NCBI GenBank assembly: GCA_963761255.1
Contig: CAVXGH010000006.1
Location: 263,790-327,789 of the forward strand
DNA length: 64,000 nt
Direction: 5' to 3'
Source of the DNA: an uncultured delta proteobacterium
GTDB lineage: Bacteria; Desulfobacterota; Binatia; Binatales; Binataceae
In this document: in pieces, positions 39,731 to 49,947 of the stretch
Layout: each line of letters begins with the position of its first letter
How positions within the stretch are numbered: position 1 is the first letter of the stretch
Made by a program: the position numbers and the translations under genes
Notes under the pieces: model-generated
Seen by the model: only the letters and a program-made list of their open reading frames with translations
Database searches by the model: none
Told to the model about the DNA's origin: nothing

Positions 39731-40320
39731 GGATTTAATTCGCGCAGGATAAAGTCCACCCGTTGCGCAACCGGCACCTTAGGAATCAGCACCAGTTCAT
39801 AGCCAAGGCGCTGATAGGTCGGCAGCAGCGTTTGGTACTCGGCCAGCGCGTCTGCATAAGTATGGGTGCGTTCGGCGTCGTTGCGGAACATTTGCGGCCA
39901 CGGCGGTGTGATGAAGACTTTCCGGTTGTATCTGAAAATCTCCACCGCTTTCCTGAGGTGAGCTGGAGCGCCGCCGCTCAGCTGTTCGAGGCCATTGAAA
40001 TTGTCGACCATCGATCGATCGAAGAAAACGTGCGACGTGGTGGCGGCCGCGCTGATCATGTTGTGCATCGATCGCGAAACGCAGAGCTCGGCGAATTTGT
40101 ACACGTCCTTGCCCGGGATGCCGTCGCCGCCAATAGCATTTTGTTCCTTGACGATTTGCCGGCCTGGCTCCGCGAATGCGCGATAACCGCGGGTGGACAA
40201 CTCATGCAGCAGCGATGACTTGCCGGCGCCGGAGCATCCGGAAATTACTACATAGTAATCGCGCGCCGCCGTGACGTGCGCGGGCGAATAGTCATCTTCG
40301 AGCATCCTGAAACCACTCAT
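39727..40320 (-). CDS. P-loop NTPase (AAA_28 / small nucleoside-nucleotide kinase-like)
   Basis: Walker A ISGCSGAGKSSLL; no other recognisable motifs. Confidence 0.5.
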   Translation of the reverse strand: MSGFRMLEDDYSPAHVTAARDYYVVISGCSGAGKSSLLHELSTRGYRAFAEPGRQIVKEQNAIGGDGIPGKDVYKFAELCVSRSMHNMISAAATTSHVFFDRSMVDNFNGLEQLSGGAPAHLRKAVEIFRYNRKVFITPPWPQMFRNDAERTHTYADALAEYQTLLPTYQRLGYELVLIPKVPVAQRVDFILRELNP

Positions 40321-40342
40321 ACATTTCTCCCGCTGACCCGCC

Positions 40343-42433
40343 TTACCACGCCGCCCATGGCACTCGCGAAAAAATGTCCGGGTACCTGAGAGCTCCGGGG
40401 ATGGCAAACAGGGCTGCGACGACGACGAGAATCCCGCAAGCTATCAGAGCCGGCCGTCTGACTCTGCTCGTGTCTTCGATGGTCGCGAGCGCGAACCACG
40501 GCAGGAAAGGGACCCAATAGCGGGGACCATAGCAGAGTCCCGGCCCGGTGCCGGAGCAACTAAGAAGTACCAGGAACAAAACGAGGGGGAGCGCCATTTG
40601 ACGGAGCAGCTTTGCCTCGGGAAAATCGGAGCGGAACGCGCGTGCGATGGCGATGAAGGCGATAATTGCCCACGGAACAAAGTATAGCAGTGCGTGGCCA
40701 GGCTCGAAGAAAGTGTCATAGATCGATTTGAGGCTGGCGCCGCGCAGCCAACTCGAGTTTCCGGAAATCACCAGGGTTTTTGCGAGCCAGTAGTTGAAGA
40801 CCAGCACTGGCGCGCCGCACAGTGCCATCACGATGCCCAGCTTGATCGCGTTTTGCCGGCGTCCCGCGACGAACTCGTTGATCATGAATCCGATTCCGAC
40901 CACTGCAAGTGGCGGCTTGAGAATCGCTGCGAAGGCGACGCCGAGGCCTGCCACTATTGGTCTATCTGTGGTCAGCGCCCAAAGCGCCACTATCAGGCCT
41001 AGACCGATGGTGGCCTCGGGAAAGAACGATCGCGAATAGGCCAGCCACGAACTCGCTCCCATGAGAAGGGCAACCGCCAGCAGCGCTTTGATGCGGCTCA
41101 TTCCCACCCCGCGTCCTGCCACGTAGGTCATTAGAGCTCCGAGCCACGAAATAATTGCCAGCACGACAGCGGTGTAGGACTCGGCATCGCCGAAGGCGGG
41201 ACGAAAAGGAGCGACCGCGAGCGCCATTAACATGGAAAATTCCGGTGGATGAGCCGAGACCTCGTAGACGTCGCCGGAGGGAACAAACTCCGGGTTGCAG
41301 GCACTTACGGAGTCAGGAGAATCGATTGAAGCGAAAGCATGATGGCCGGTACGCTGGTTGACTATTAGCGTATGACGATCGAGCGGTACATTCCGGAATC
41401 GAACTCCGGCGTCCACTCCGCCGGCAGCAACCCGATCGTAGTCGTCCTGCAACTCGAAGTCGTGGTCGAACAACAGGCTATTTATCAGCAGGATATAATG
41501 CGGCTCGTCACTGCGCGCGGCTCGCGGCGTGACGAGGGAAAATCCCGCGCCGGGGGTCCATTCGATTCGCGTCAGCACAAGGATTCCCCCCAGCAGCAGG
41601 GCAAACAGAATCGCAACTCCGCGCGCGGATAAGGAGTTTGTCGAAACCTTCCCGGCCGCCATGGAAGTGGTCGGGCCATCGGCGAACCGATAGTAGATGA
41701 GTCCGAGCACGCTCAGTACGAGAATCAACCAGACAGTCGTCCAGTTGATCGATGCGGCGGAAAAATGTGCGGCCTTCGCGAATTCGAATTGCCGCGCGCC
41801 CTCTGGAGGGGACGCAATCCGCGTGAAGGTGAGGTTGCGGCACGAGACCCTGGTGTGGAGATTCGGCGAGGTGAGACCACATTGAACCTCGACCGGGTCG
41901 TCGCCGAAGATGCGAACGTAAATATCGTGACGTGCCCAGTCCTCGCCACGCCAAAACGCCGAGGCGGAGTCGTGTCTTTGTTTGACGGCGAGGAATGCGC
42001 CGCCCATCCGTGAGCCCTGGGTGCGCAACTCGGCGCTAAGATCGTACCAGCCCGGCGCCACCGACACGGTTTGGGTCCATGCCGCGTCATCCCCCGGCGC
42101 ATTGACGATGCTCAATTCGCCCGGCGCATCTTTTGAGCGTACCCAATGGAAGCTGTCGCAGCCGGAGCGACGCGATGGATACCAGTCGTTGGGCATCGCG
42201 ATACCGCCGCTCAGGTCAGAGTTGAGGAGGAGGTTGGTTGCCGCGGAGGCCGAAGGGATAAAGACCATCAGCATCAGCAAAATCGCCGTCCCGACGCCTG
42301 GGAATCGGCTGACGATGCTTCGATCCCGGCGCGGCAGCCATTTGCAGCTAACAGATGCGACGATATCCCCCATTATGTTCATTTCGCACGTCTTCGCCCA
42401 TTCGAACCTATCTATGATGACTGCTGATGACAA
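40343..42433 (-). CDS. GT-C-fold membrane glycosyltransferase-like protein (PMT/ArnT-like; DE-type loop-1 motif) with N-terminal extracytoplasmic β-sandwich domain; paralogue of 59795..61177
   Basis: Multi-TM C-terminal half, …RIEWTPGAGF…SDEPHYILLINSLLFDHD…; ~55% identity to 59795..61177 over ~400 aa. Confidence 0.55.
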   Translation of the reverse strand: MSSAVIIDRFEWAKTCEMNIMGDIVASVSCKWLPRRDRSIVSRFPGVGTAILLMLMVFIPSASAATNLLLNSDLSGGIAMPNDWYPSRRSGCDSFHWVRSKDAPGELSIVNAPGDDAAWTQTVSVAPGWYDLSAELRTQGSRMGGAFLAVKQRHDSASAFWRGEDWARHDIYVRIFGDDPVEVQCGLTSPNLHTRVSCRNLTFTRIASPPEGARQFEFAKAAHFSAASINWTTVWLILVLSVLGLIYYRFADGPTTSMAAGKVSTNSLSARGVAILFALLLGGILVLTRIEWTPGAGFSLVTPRAARSDEPHYILLINSLLFDHDFELQDDYDRVAAGGVDAGVRFRNVPLDRHTLIVNQRTGHHAFASIDSPDSVSACNPEFVPSGDVYEVSAHPPEFSMLMALAVAPFRPAFGDAESYTAVVLAIISWLGALMTYVAGRGVGMSRIKALLAVALLMGASSWLAYSRSFFPEATIGLGLIVALWALTTDRPIVAGLGVAFAAILKPPLAVVGIGFMINEFVAGRRQNAIKLGIVMALCGAPVLVFNYWLAKTLVISGNSSWLRGASLKSIYDTFFEPGHALLYFVPWAIIAFIAIARAFRSDFPEAKLLRQMALPLVLFLVLLSCSGTGPGLCYGPRYWVPFLPWFALATIEDTSRVRRPALIACGILVVVAALFAIPGALRYPDIFSRVPWAAW

Positions 42434-42550
42434 ACCGAGCGTGCGTCAGTTTGTCTCGACGGTGGTATGTATGCTATGAAAAGCCCGCTAGCGCCTGCGC
42501 AACTTTGGGGAGCTATCTAAAAAGGCGCAACAAAAGGGAAGGAGACTTGA

Positions 42551-43318
42551 ATGAAGGTTAAAGCACTTGTGGGGGCGTTTGGAGCTTTCCTGATCGCGCT
42601 CGGATTGAGTTCGGCCGCGCGGGCAATGTCGCCGGACGTACCCGGACAGGTTTTGTACACCTACTACGAGACCACCGAAAACTTTACGTTCTGCGACAGC
42701 ACGACCGCCGATACTGACGGGTGCGATGTTGGCGGCAATGGGGACAATATCATTCGCCTAATCAATCCCAATGGTGCGGCGAACGCCAATCTTGCGGGCG
42801 CGCAGACCAATACGATTTGCGCCATGATCTATGTCTTCGATGATGACGAGGAAATGGGCGAGTGCTGCGGTTGCCCCTTGTCTTCCGCGCAACTGGCGAC
42901 TTTCTCAGTCGAGCACAACCTGACCTCCAACTGGGGTCTCTCGGGTGGGGCTGAAAGCGGGGATCATGCCAATGGTGCTATCGCGATCATATCCGCGGAT
43001 CAGAACGCGAGTATTTCGTTTCAGCCCGGTTTGAGCAACGGACAAGGGTGCTCAAACAGCCAGAGCGGCGCCTGCAATTTAGGTTGCGATCCCACCAACA
43101 ATCCGGGATATCCAGTCGCGGTCGCGGGCGGGGATAATCTCCTCGGCAGCATCACCCACAACCAGGTAATTTTCCCGATCGATGGCCAAATCACCGAAAC
43201 CCAGTTGTTCGATGATTGCCACGGCGAGGACATCAATCTCGTCTATCTGCAGACTCAATGCGGCGCGTTGGTCGGCAACGGCACGCATGGCGGAATCTGC
43301 AACTGCCCGGTTGAATAG
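42551..43318 (+). CDS. secreted Cys-rich hypothetical protein
   Basis: Signal peptide MKVKALVGAFGAFLIALGLSSAARA; 12 Cys incl. ECCGCP, CNLGCDP; no family recognised. Confidence 0.5.
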   Translation: MKVKALVGAFGAFLIALGLSSAARAMSPDVPGQVLYTYYETTENFTFCDSTTADTDGCDVGGNGDNIIRLINPNGAANANLAGAQTNTICAMIYVFDDDEEMGECCGCPLSSAQLATFSVEHNLTSNWGLSGGAESGDHANGAIAIISADQNASISFQPGLSNGQGCSNSQSGACNLGCDPTNNPGYPVAVAGGDNLLGSITHNQVIFPIDGQITETQLFDDCHGEDINLVYLQTQCGALVGNGTHGGICNCPVE

Positions 43319-43354
43319 ACTGAACCGCGCATCGAATTACTGATCTGATAAAGA

Positions 43355-43388
43355 CGCCGCCGGACATCCTCCGGCGGCGTTTTTGTTT
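43355..43388 (+). terminator. rho-independent terminator (GCCGCCGG-loop-CCGGCGGC + TTTTTGTTT), also the insertion site of the group II intron
   Basis: 8-bp GC stem + T-run directly after the stop of 42551..43318. Confidence 0.65.
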
Positions 43389-45262
43389 GTGCGCCCAGCA
43401 TGGCGCGTGACTTGTGAGGTGAAAGTCCTCTGTGCGAGCAGGCCGCGTCGAGCACTAGCGAAGCGCAAGGGCGTCATCGTGAGATGGGGTCTGGAGGAAG
43501 CGCGGAGCAAAGCCGCGAGCCGACGAACAGGAACCGGATACAAGGGCGAGGTGGCTCAGGGCGAGCGGGCAAATGACCGCGAAGCTCTATCGGCCAAGGA
43601 GTCATCGCGTAGATCCGGCGGTTTGTGCGGCGAAGGTCACGGCGTCTTACCTGGGGAGATCTCGCTTCACGCCTGAAAGGGCGACGCGCAGGAGCGCGGA
43701 GCGAGAAGTCAGCCGAGGCCGTAGTAGTCAGCGGGACACGGCAGAGGCCTCGATGTCCGCGCTGATGAAGGGCCGAACGGAAGGGAGAGCGAAGCCGCTG
43801 TGAGTCCGAAAGACGCCAGGCGCCAGAAGCCCGAGCAATTGGGGCTGCCGCTGGAAGGTAGAGGTGAAGCCTCGAGGGTCCAGCGCAGCGGCGAAGCGTC
43901 GACGATGGCGAACAGAGAGGAGCGCTCGGGAAGCGACCGCCTGATGGAAGCGGTGGTTGCGCGCGGCAATGTCAGGGCGGCGTTGACGCGGGTACGTGAG
44001 AACCGGGGCAGCCCCGGAGTCGAGGGGATGACGGTGGAAGAACTGCCGCAGCACCTGATGGAGCACTGGCAGGAAGTCCGCGAGCAACTACTCGCCGGAA
44101 CTTACCAGCCCAAAGCGGTGCTGCGACGGGAAATCCCGAAAGCGAGCGGCGGAATGCGAGAGCTCGGCATTCCGTGCGTGCTCGACCGGCTGATCCAACA
44201 GGCGATACTGCAGGTGCTGCAGCCGCGATTCGACCCCAGCTTCTCGGAGCACAGTTACGGCTTCCGGCCGGGGCGCAGCGCGCACGACGCGGTGTTAGCG
44301 GCGCAGCGCTATGTGCAGGAAGGACGCCACTGGGTGGTGGACGTGGACCTGGAGAAGTTCTTCGACCGGGTCAACCACGACGTGCTGATGGGAAGACTAG
44401 CGCGGCGAATCGATGACTCGCGGCTCCTGCGGCTAATCCGCCGCTATCTCAACGCCGGCCTGATGGCCGACGGAGTGGTGATGGAACGCACTGAGGGAAC
44501 GCCGCAGGGAGGACCACTGTCGCCACTGCTGGCGAATCTCCTGCTTGACGAAGTGGACAAGGAGCTGGAGAAACGCGGGCACACGTTCGTGCGCTATGCC
44601 GACGACTGCAACGTCTATGTGCGGTCGCGGCGCGCGGGAGAACGAGTGATGGCGGCGCTGGAGCGAATGTACGCCAAGCTCCGACTTAAAGTGAATCGCG
44701 AGAAGAGCAAGGTGGACCTCGCGCACAAGCGCAGCCTCTTGAGCTACAGCTTCTGGTACGCCAGGGGCGGCGCGGTGGCATGCCGGGTCGCACCCAAGGC
44801 GCTGCGCGCGCTCAAGCAGCGCGTGCGGCGGATAACCAGACGCAGCGGCGGACGGAGCATGAGAAGCGTAGTCGCGGAGCTGAGGAAGTATCTGCCGGGA
44901 TGGAAGCAATACTTCCAACTAGCGGACACGCCGAAGACCTTCGCTGACTACGACAAATGGCTCCGCCACCGGTTGCGAGCGCTGCAACTCAAACAGTGGA
45001 AGCGCGGCTCGAAGATCTATACCGCGATGCGCCGCCTCGGACTGCCGGACGCGATTGCGGCGCAAGCCGCACGGGTTAACCGACGCTGGTGGCATCGGGC
45101 CGCCATGTCGGTCCACGCCGGACTCACTGCCCGCTACTACGACCGACTTGGAGTACCCAGACTTGCCGATTAACCTCAACCTTCCGAACCGCCGGATGCG
45201 GACCCGCATGTCCGGTGGTGTGGCAGGGGAGTAGCGCTGCGGCGCTACCCCCTATGCCGATT
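43389..45262 (+). mobile_element. group II intron, bacterial class C-like (ORF in domain IV), inserted immediately downstream of an intrinsic terminator
   Basis: 5' end GUGCGCC (GUGYG consensus) right after the terminator T-run. ORF-containing DIV. Domain V-like hairpin CCGCCGGAUGCGG…CCGCAUGUCCGGUGG (CGC catalytic triad variant typical of class C). Domain VI hairpin with bulged A (CCCCCUAUGCC) ~8 nt before the 3' end. Confidence 0.7.
43905..45173 (+). CDS. group II intron-encoded reverse transcriptase/maturase
   Basis: RT motifs incl. FVRYADDCNVYV (YADD), maturase/X domain (…RKYLPGWKQYF…). Confidence 0.85.
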   Translation: MANREERSGSDRLMEAVVARGNVRAALTRVRENRGSPGVEGMTVEELPQHLMEHWQEVREQLLAGTYQPKAVLRREIPKASGGMRELGIPCVLDRLIQQAILQVLQPRFDPSFSEHSYGFRPGRSAHDAVLAAQRYVQEGRHWVVDVDLEKFFDRVNHDVLMGRLARRIDDSRLLRLIRRYLNAGLMADGVVMERTEGTPQGGPLSPLLANLLLDEVDKELEKRGHTFVRYADDCNVYVRSRRAGERVMAALERMYAKLRLKVNREKSKVDLAHKRSLLSYSFWYARGGAVACRVAPKALRALKQRVRRITRRSGGRSMRSVVAELRKYLPGWKQYFQLADTPKTFADYDKWLRHRLRALQLKQWKRGSKIYTAMRRLGLPDAIAAQAARVNRRWWHRAAMSVHAGLTARYYDRLGVPRLAD

Positions 45263-45296
45263 CGATGACTCAGCCCGCCGGCCGCACTCGGGATTT

Positions 45297-47957
45297 TTAT
45301 AAGGCGATCATCGAGAATGGGCGGGAGGGTTCGGCGCCGTCGCTGGTCAGTCTGGCGATGGCGCTCAATAGGGTCTGCTTCTTGATCGGCTTGCTCACAT
45401 GGAGATTGCAACCCGCCTCCCGCGCGCGCTGAACATCCTCGTCGAGCGCCGATGCGGTCAGGGCGATGATCGGCACCTGAGGCAGTCCCTGCGCGCGTTC
45501 CCATTCACGAATCGCGCGGGTGGCCGCGAAGCCGTCGAGCAGCGGCATCTGGATGTCCATCAGGATGACGTCGTAGCGATTGTTCTTGACGATATCGATC
45601 ACCCGCTGGCCGTTCTCTGCCTCATCGATCTTGAACGAGGTTTTTTGCAGGAAGGCCTTGACCACCAGCCGATTGTCGGGGGAATCGTCGGCCAGCAGGA
45701 TGCGCAGCGCCCTGGAATTTTCGGCGGGAGGATGGTTGACGACGGGAATCAGGCGGCCGCTGCCGAGCGGCTTGAATTCGCGGGCGCCGGCGATCTCGGC
45801 AATCGTGGTGAAAAGATCGTGGCGCCGGATCGGCTTGAAAATGTAATGGCGCAAGCCGACTTCCTGCATCCGCGGCCGGTCGGCGCTCAATGCGGTCGAA
45901 TTGACCATTAGGATCGCAGGTGGAAGCCGCCAGGCGTTTCGACTCAAGCGCCGCAACATCTCGAGGCCATCCATCTGTGGCATGCGCTGGTCGACCAGCA
46001 TCAGATCGAAGGGACTTGCGAGGTCGTTGGCCTTGCGAATGAGCTCGAGGCCTTCCGCCGCGGACCCCGACTGGGCAATCCGCGCGCCACGCAGAGTGAG
46101 CATCTCGGCCAGAATCGCGCGGCTGGTCTGATTGTCATCGGTGATGAGAATCCGCATGCCGCCAAGATCCGGCATCGCGGGCAGTGCCGCATCAGCCCGG
46201 GTCTGGTCGAGGTCGAAGGCAGCGGTGAAGAAAAATGTGCTGCCTTTGCCGGGCGCGCTCTCGGCCCACACGCGGCCGCCCATCAGTCCTACCAGCCGCT
46301 CGACGATCGTGAGCCCGAGTCCGCTGCCACCATATTTTCGGGTGGTGGAAGAATCGGCCTGGGTGAAGGCCGAGAAGATATTGGCCAGCTTGTCCGCGCC
46401 GATGCCGATGCCGGTATCGGAGACGCTGAACCTCAGGTGCGCCGGGTTTTCCGCGGCCGGATCGCGCTCGACCCGAATCGCGACTTCACCCGCATCGGTA
46501 AACTTGATCGCGTTGCCGACCAGGTTGGTGACCACTTGTCGCAAGCGCAGCGGATCTCCGACCAGCCGGGTCGGAACCTCGGGCGCGAATCGAAGCGTGA
46601 GCTCCAATTGCTTTTCGTCGGCGCGCACGGCGAGGGTCTCGATGGTTTTTTCGACGACCTCCGCCAGTTCAAAGGCCGTGGCCTCGAGGCTCAGGCGTCC
46701 GCTTTCCATCCGCGCCAGATCGAGCACGCTATTGATGAGCTCGAGCAGGGCGTTGCCATTGCTGACCAGGGTTCCGACGTAGCGGCTCTGATCGGAATTG
46801 AGCGGAGTTTCCGAAAGCAGATCGGCGGTGCCGAGGATGGCGTTCATCGGGGTGCGAATCTCATGCGACATGCTGGAAAGGAATTCCGACTTGGCCCTCG
46901 AGGCTGCCAGCGCGGCCGCACTCGCGGCCTCGAGCTGACGCTGAGTTTCCTTCAGCTTCGAGACGTCACGCGCGATGAAAAGGGCGCATTGCCGGCCACC
47001 GAGTTCGAGGACCACCGACGAAACCAGCGCGGGCGAGGGCATTCCGTAAGCGCCGCGGGTCATGATTTCTTCGTTGCGAACCTTCAAATCGCTCACCACT
47101 CGCTCAATCAGGCGCTCGGCGCTGGCGTCATCAAACCAGATATTGAGTTCCTGCCAGTGTTTGCCGATCGCCTCTTCGCGGGTGAAGCCGGTCGCGAGCA
47201 AAAATTCCTCGTTCACGTTGATGTAGCGCTGAGTGCGAAGATCGATGATGCAGAGCGGATCGAGGATCGAGTCGAGCGCCTTGCGCAGCGCGGCTTCGTT
47301 GTCCGCCAGGCGCAGATTCTGTTGCGACACCTGATTGCGATTCTGCTCGCCCAGCGACGCCGCGAAATGTCCCACCGCGCCGGCGGTTCCGAATCCCACC
47401 CAATGAAAGAAGGACAGCGTGTCCTGTTTGCTCAGCAGCGCTACCGCGCCAAGGCCGAGAACGGTCGCGGCCGAAAGAGAATCCTGCCAGCGAGTTTCCC
47501 ACGGCAGGAGCGCTCCGGCGCCGAGGACCACCATGAAGCCGCTGATAAAGTAGAACTCCGCGTTTTCATTGAGCAGCGCGAGAGCAGCCACACTGGCGAG
47601 CAGGCAAATGCAACCGAGCAGCGTGAGCTGGCGCCATCGGGCCAGCATCCACCGATGGAAGGTCAGTCGAACAAACAGCAGACCGATACACAAGTTGAAG
47701 GAGTAAAAGAGCGTCGCGAGGGCCGCCGTTTTCGTGTGCGCCAGCAAGGCCGGGACGGCGAGTGCGACCTGTGACAAGGCGACCAGGGTGGCGGCCACCC
47801 GCAACATCACCAGGGCGCGGCCATCCGCGCTCAGCTCGAGCTGCGAGGGCAGCAGCGATTCCCATCGAGTGGATGTCGATGTTCTACCCATATCCCCCTG
47901 AAACGGCCGCCGATCCGGATGCGGAGCCGCGATCGAAGCACCTCTCCCCAAAGGCAT
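45297..47957 (-). CDS. hybrid sensor histidine kinase/response regulator (TM region, PAS, HisKA, HATPase_c, two REC domains)
   Basis: H-box LSSMSHEIRTPMNAI, G-boxes, two receiver domains (…ILITDDN…, …ILLADDSPDN…). Confidence 0.85.
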   Translation of the reverse strand: MPLGRGASIAAPHPDRRPFQGDMGRTSTSTRWESLLPSQLELSADGRALVMLRVAATLVALSQVALAVPALLAHTKTAALATLFYSFNLCIGLLFVRLTFHRWMLARWRQLTLLGCICLLASVAALALLNENAEFYFISGFMVVLGAGALLPWETRWQDSLSAATVLGLGAVALLSKQDTLSFFHWVGFGTAGAVGHFAASLGEQNRNQVSQQNLRLADNEAALRKALDSILDPLCIIDLRTQRYINVNEEFLLATGFTREEAIGKHWQELNIWFDDASAERLIERVVSDLKVRNEEIMTRGAYGMPSPALVSSVVLELGGRQCALFIARDVSKLKETQRQLEAASAAALAASRAKSEFLSSMSHEIRTPMNAILGTADLLSETPLNSDQSRYVGTLVSNGNALLELINSVLDLARMESGRLSLEATAFELAEVVEKTIETLAVRADEKQLELTLRFAPEVPTRLVGDPLRLRQVVTNLVGNAIKFTDAGEVAIRVERDPAAENPAHLRFSVSDTGIGIGADKLANIFSAFTQADSSTTRKYGGSGLGLTIVERLVGLMGGRVWAESAPGKGSTFFFTAAFDLDQTRADAALPAMPDLGGMRILITDDNQTSRAILAEMLTLRGARIAQSGSAAEGLELIRKANDLASPFDLMLVDQRMPQMDGLEMLRRLSRNAWRLPPAILMVNSTALSADRPRMQEVGLRHYIFKPIRRHDLFTTIAEIAGAREFKPLGSGRLIPVVNHPPAENSRALRILLADDSPDNRLVVKAFLQKTSFKIDEAENGQRVIDIVKNNRYDVILMDIQMPLLDGFAATRAIREWERAQGLPQVPIIALTASALDEDVQRAREAGCNLHVSKPIKKQTLLSAIARLTSDGAEPSRPFSMIAL

Positions 47958-48500
47958 TATTCATGCCTGATGGTAGGGTAGCTTATGGTGAGCAGCGATG
48001 CGAGGTTTTGGGGTTGAGGTGCGCGAGGCTGAAACAGTATGCCCGGCAGCGGGTTTTTTCGAAGTGACAAGTCTGCGGTGGTGCTACGGTACGCGATTTG
48101 GCCAGCCCTCGCGAAAGGACCAATAGCTATCGGCAAGCCACGAATCGTGGCCTGCCGGAATTTCGAGCGGCGGAGAGAAACCCGGTAAGCTAACGGGCTG
48201 GTTTGGATCCGCGGATGTTCTTCAGGATGAAGGCGATATCGCGCGCGCTGGACAGATTACCGAACAACGACACGGTCTTTAGCAACTCGAGCTCTTCTTC
48301 GGTGACGCCATGCCGGGCGAGCATTTCCGCGTCGGTGCCGAACCGCTCGAGCAGATCCTTTGCTCCCGTTGCGCGCGGAGCATTCGCTCTGGCCATACAG
48401 TCCCCCTAGACGACCTGTTGACCAGCAAATAGTAGGTTTATGCTACAAGAGAGTCAAGCGCGAAGCGCGACTAATTTCCGCAGCTCCAGGCGCACGTTAG

Positions 48501-49699
48501 TTAGTGGGTGGTCGCGACGAATTGTGTTCCCGCATTGTTGTTGGCCGGACTCTCGCTCGCGTAATTCTTGATCAGGCAAACCGGCGCGGTCCCGCATTGG
48601 CTGCTATTCTGCAGGCCCAACAGCGCGATGGTGCCGCTGCCCGAATTCCCCGTGTAGGCAAAAAACCCCGCCGGGTCGACGACCAGCCCGGTCGGTCCGC
48701 TGGAATCGCCCACCGTCGATTGCAGCGTCAATGTCGCGTTGGTTCGGGTAAAGGGCTGCACAAAGTTGACATTGGGGTTCGCGGTCAGAATATAGTTCGC
48801 GCCGCTGACCCCGCCGGCGTTGATAACCGAGCCGATTCCGATCGCGCTGGTGGACTGGGAACTCAAGAAAGTCCCGCTGTAAACCAGGGCGCCGGTGCTG
48901 GCCTGGATGGTGAAGGCAGACACGACGCCGAGGCTTTTGTCGTCCACAAACAGATAGGCCTGGGTGCTGTCAATCGCGATTGCCATCTGACCGGGGTTGG
49001 CCAAAGTGCCGCCGTTGGCCGGAACGGCGCTGCCGATCTGCGAGAGGGTGCCGTTGTCATTGACCAGGAACGAGTAGATGAATCCAGCCGTGTCGTTGAC
49101 ATAGACAAGTCCGAGAGAAGGGTACGAGGTAATCCCAAAAGGCTGTCCGGCGAAACTGCCAAAGACTCCAATCAAGCTCAACGTTCCTTGCGAACCGATC
49201 TGGTATTCGGTAACCGTTTTCGATCCGGAGTTGGTAACATAAACAAAGTTGTCGGAGGAATCGATCGCGATTCCCTGCGGGGTGGTGCCGGACGCGATCT
49301 TTCCGAGACTGGTCAGGCTGCCGAGGACGCCGCTGGTTGCAATGGCATATTGGTAGACATTGCCGTCCGCGGCATTGGCCACAAACACCAGATCTTTTCG
49401 GCCGTTACTGCCACGCCTTCCGGTCCATTGGCAGCCCCCGCCGATTGTTTTGCGATAAATCCTAGCGCGCCGGTATTGGTATTGCGGGTGAACGCGCTCA
49501 CCGTCCCGTCACGGAAATTGGTTGCGTATAGATACGCGTCCGCAACCGGGGTGGCAGTCGAGGTGGTGGACGAGGTGACTTCCGGAAACAATCCCTTGCC
49601 GCATCCGCCGGTACTGCCGAGGAAAAATCCGATCGATACCACCATCGAGACAGCCAGAGCGAAGCGCATCAAGTGCGCAATACTTTTTCGAATGGACAA
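48501..49699 (-). CDS. YVTN/lactonase-type β-propeller lipoprotein; interrupted by a single-base frame change at ~49385 (A-run)
   Basis: N-terminal ORF 49313..49699 (signal + lipobox GGCG, …AYLYATNFRDGTVSAF…) and C-terminal ORF 48501..49388 (…FVANAADGNVYQY…YVTNSGS…) join into …GVAVTAEKDLVFVANAADG… if one A is restored. Confidence 0.6.
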
Positions 49700-49947
49700 G
49701 TGTCTTCCTCAGCCCCCGCTACGCTCTGAAGTTATCGATCGACGGCGCGAATTCCTCGCGATGGTCGTCAGATACGGCGAAGCATCCAGGCGTTTCGCGT
49801 TTGAACCATTAAGACGCCGCGAAGAGGGATTGGTTGCGGAGAAAACGGCAACATCGGCATGCTTCTCCGTACCACTTCCATCGCTATTGCCTCAAGGGCG
49901 CGCCGGATGCGGTGGCCGTCACGCCGATTTGGAACTGACGATTTTGC

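Noticed and set aside
45124-45504. 126-aa minus-strand ORF across the intron 3' end / histidine-kinase gene end
   Set aside because: It overlaps the intron DV-DVI and the HK C-terminus in another frame, and has no domain or codon-usage support.
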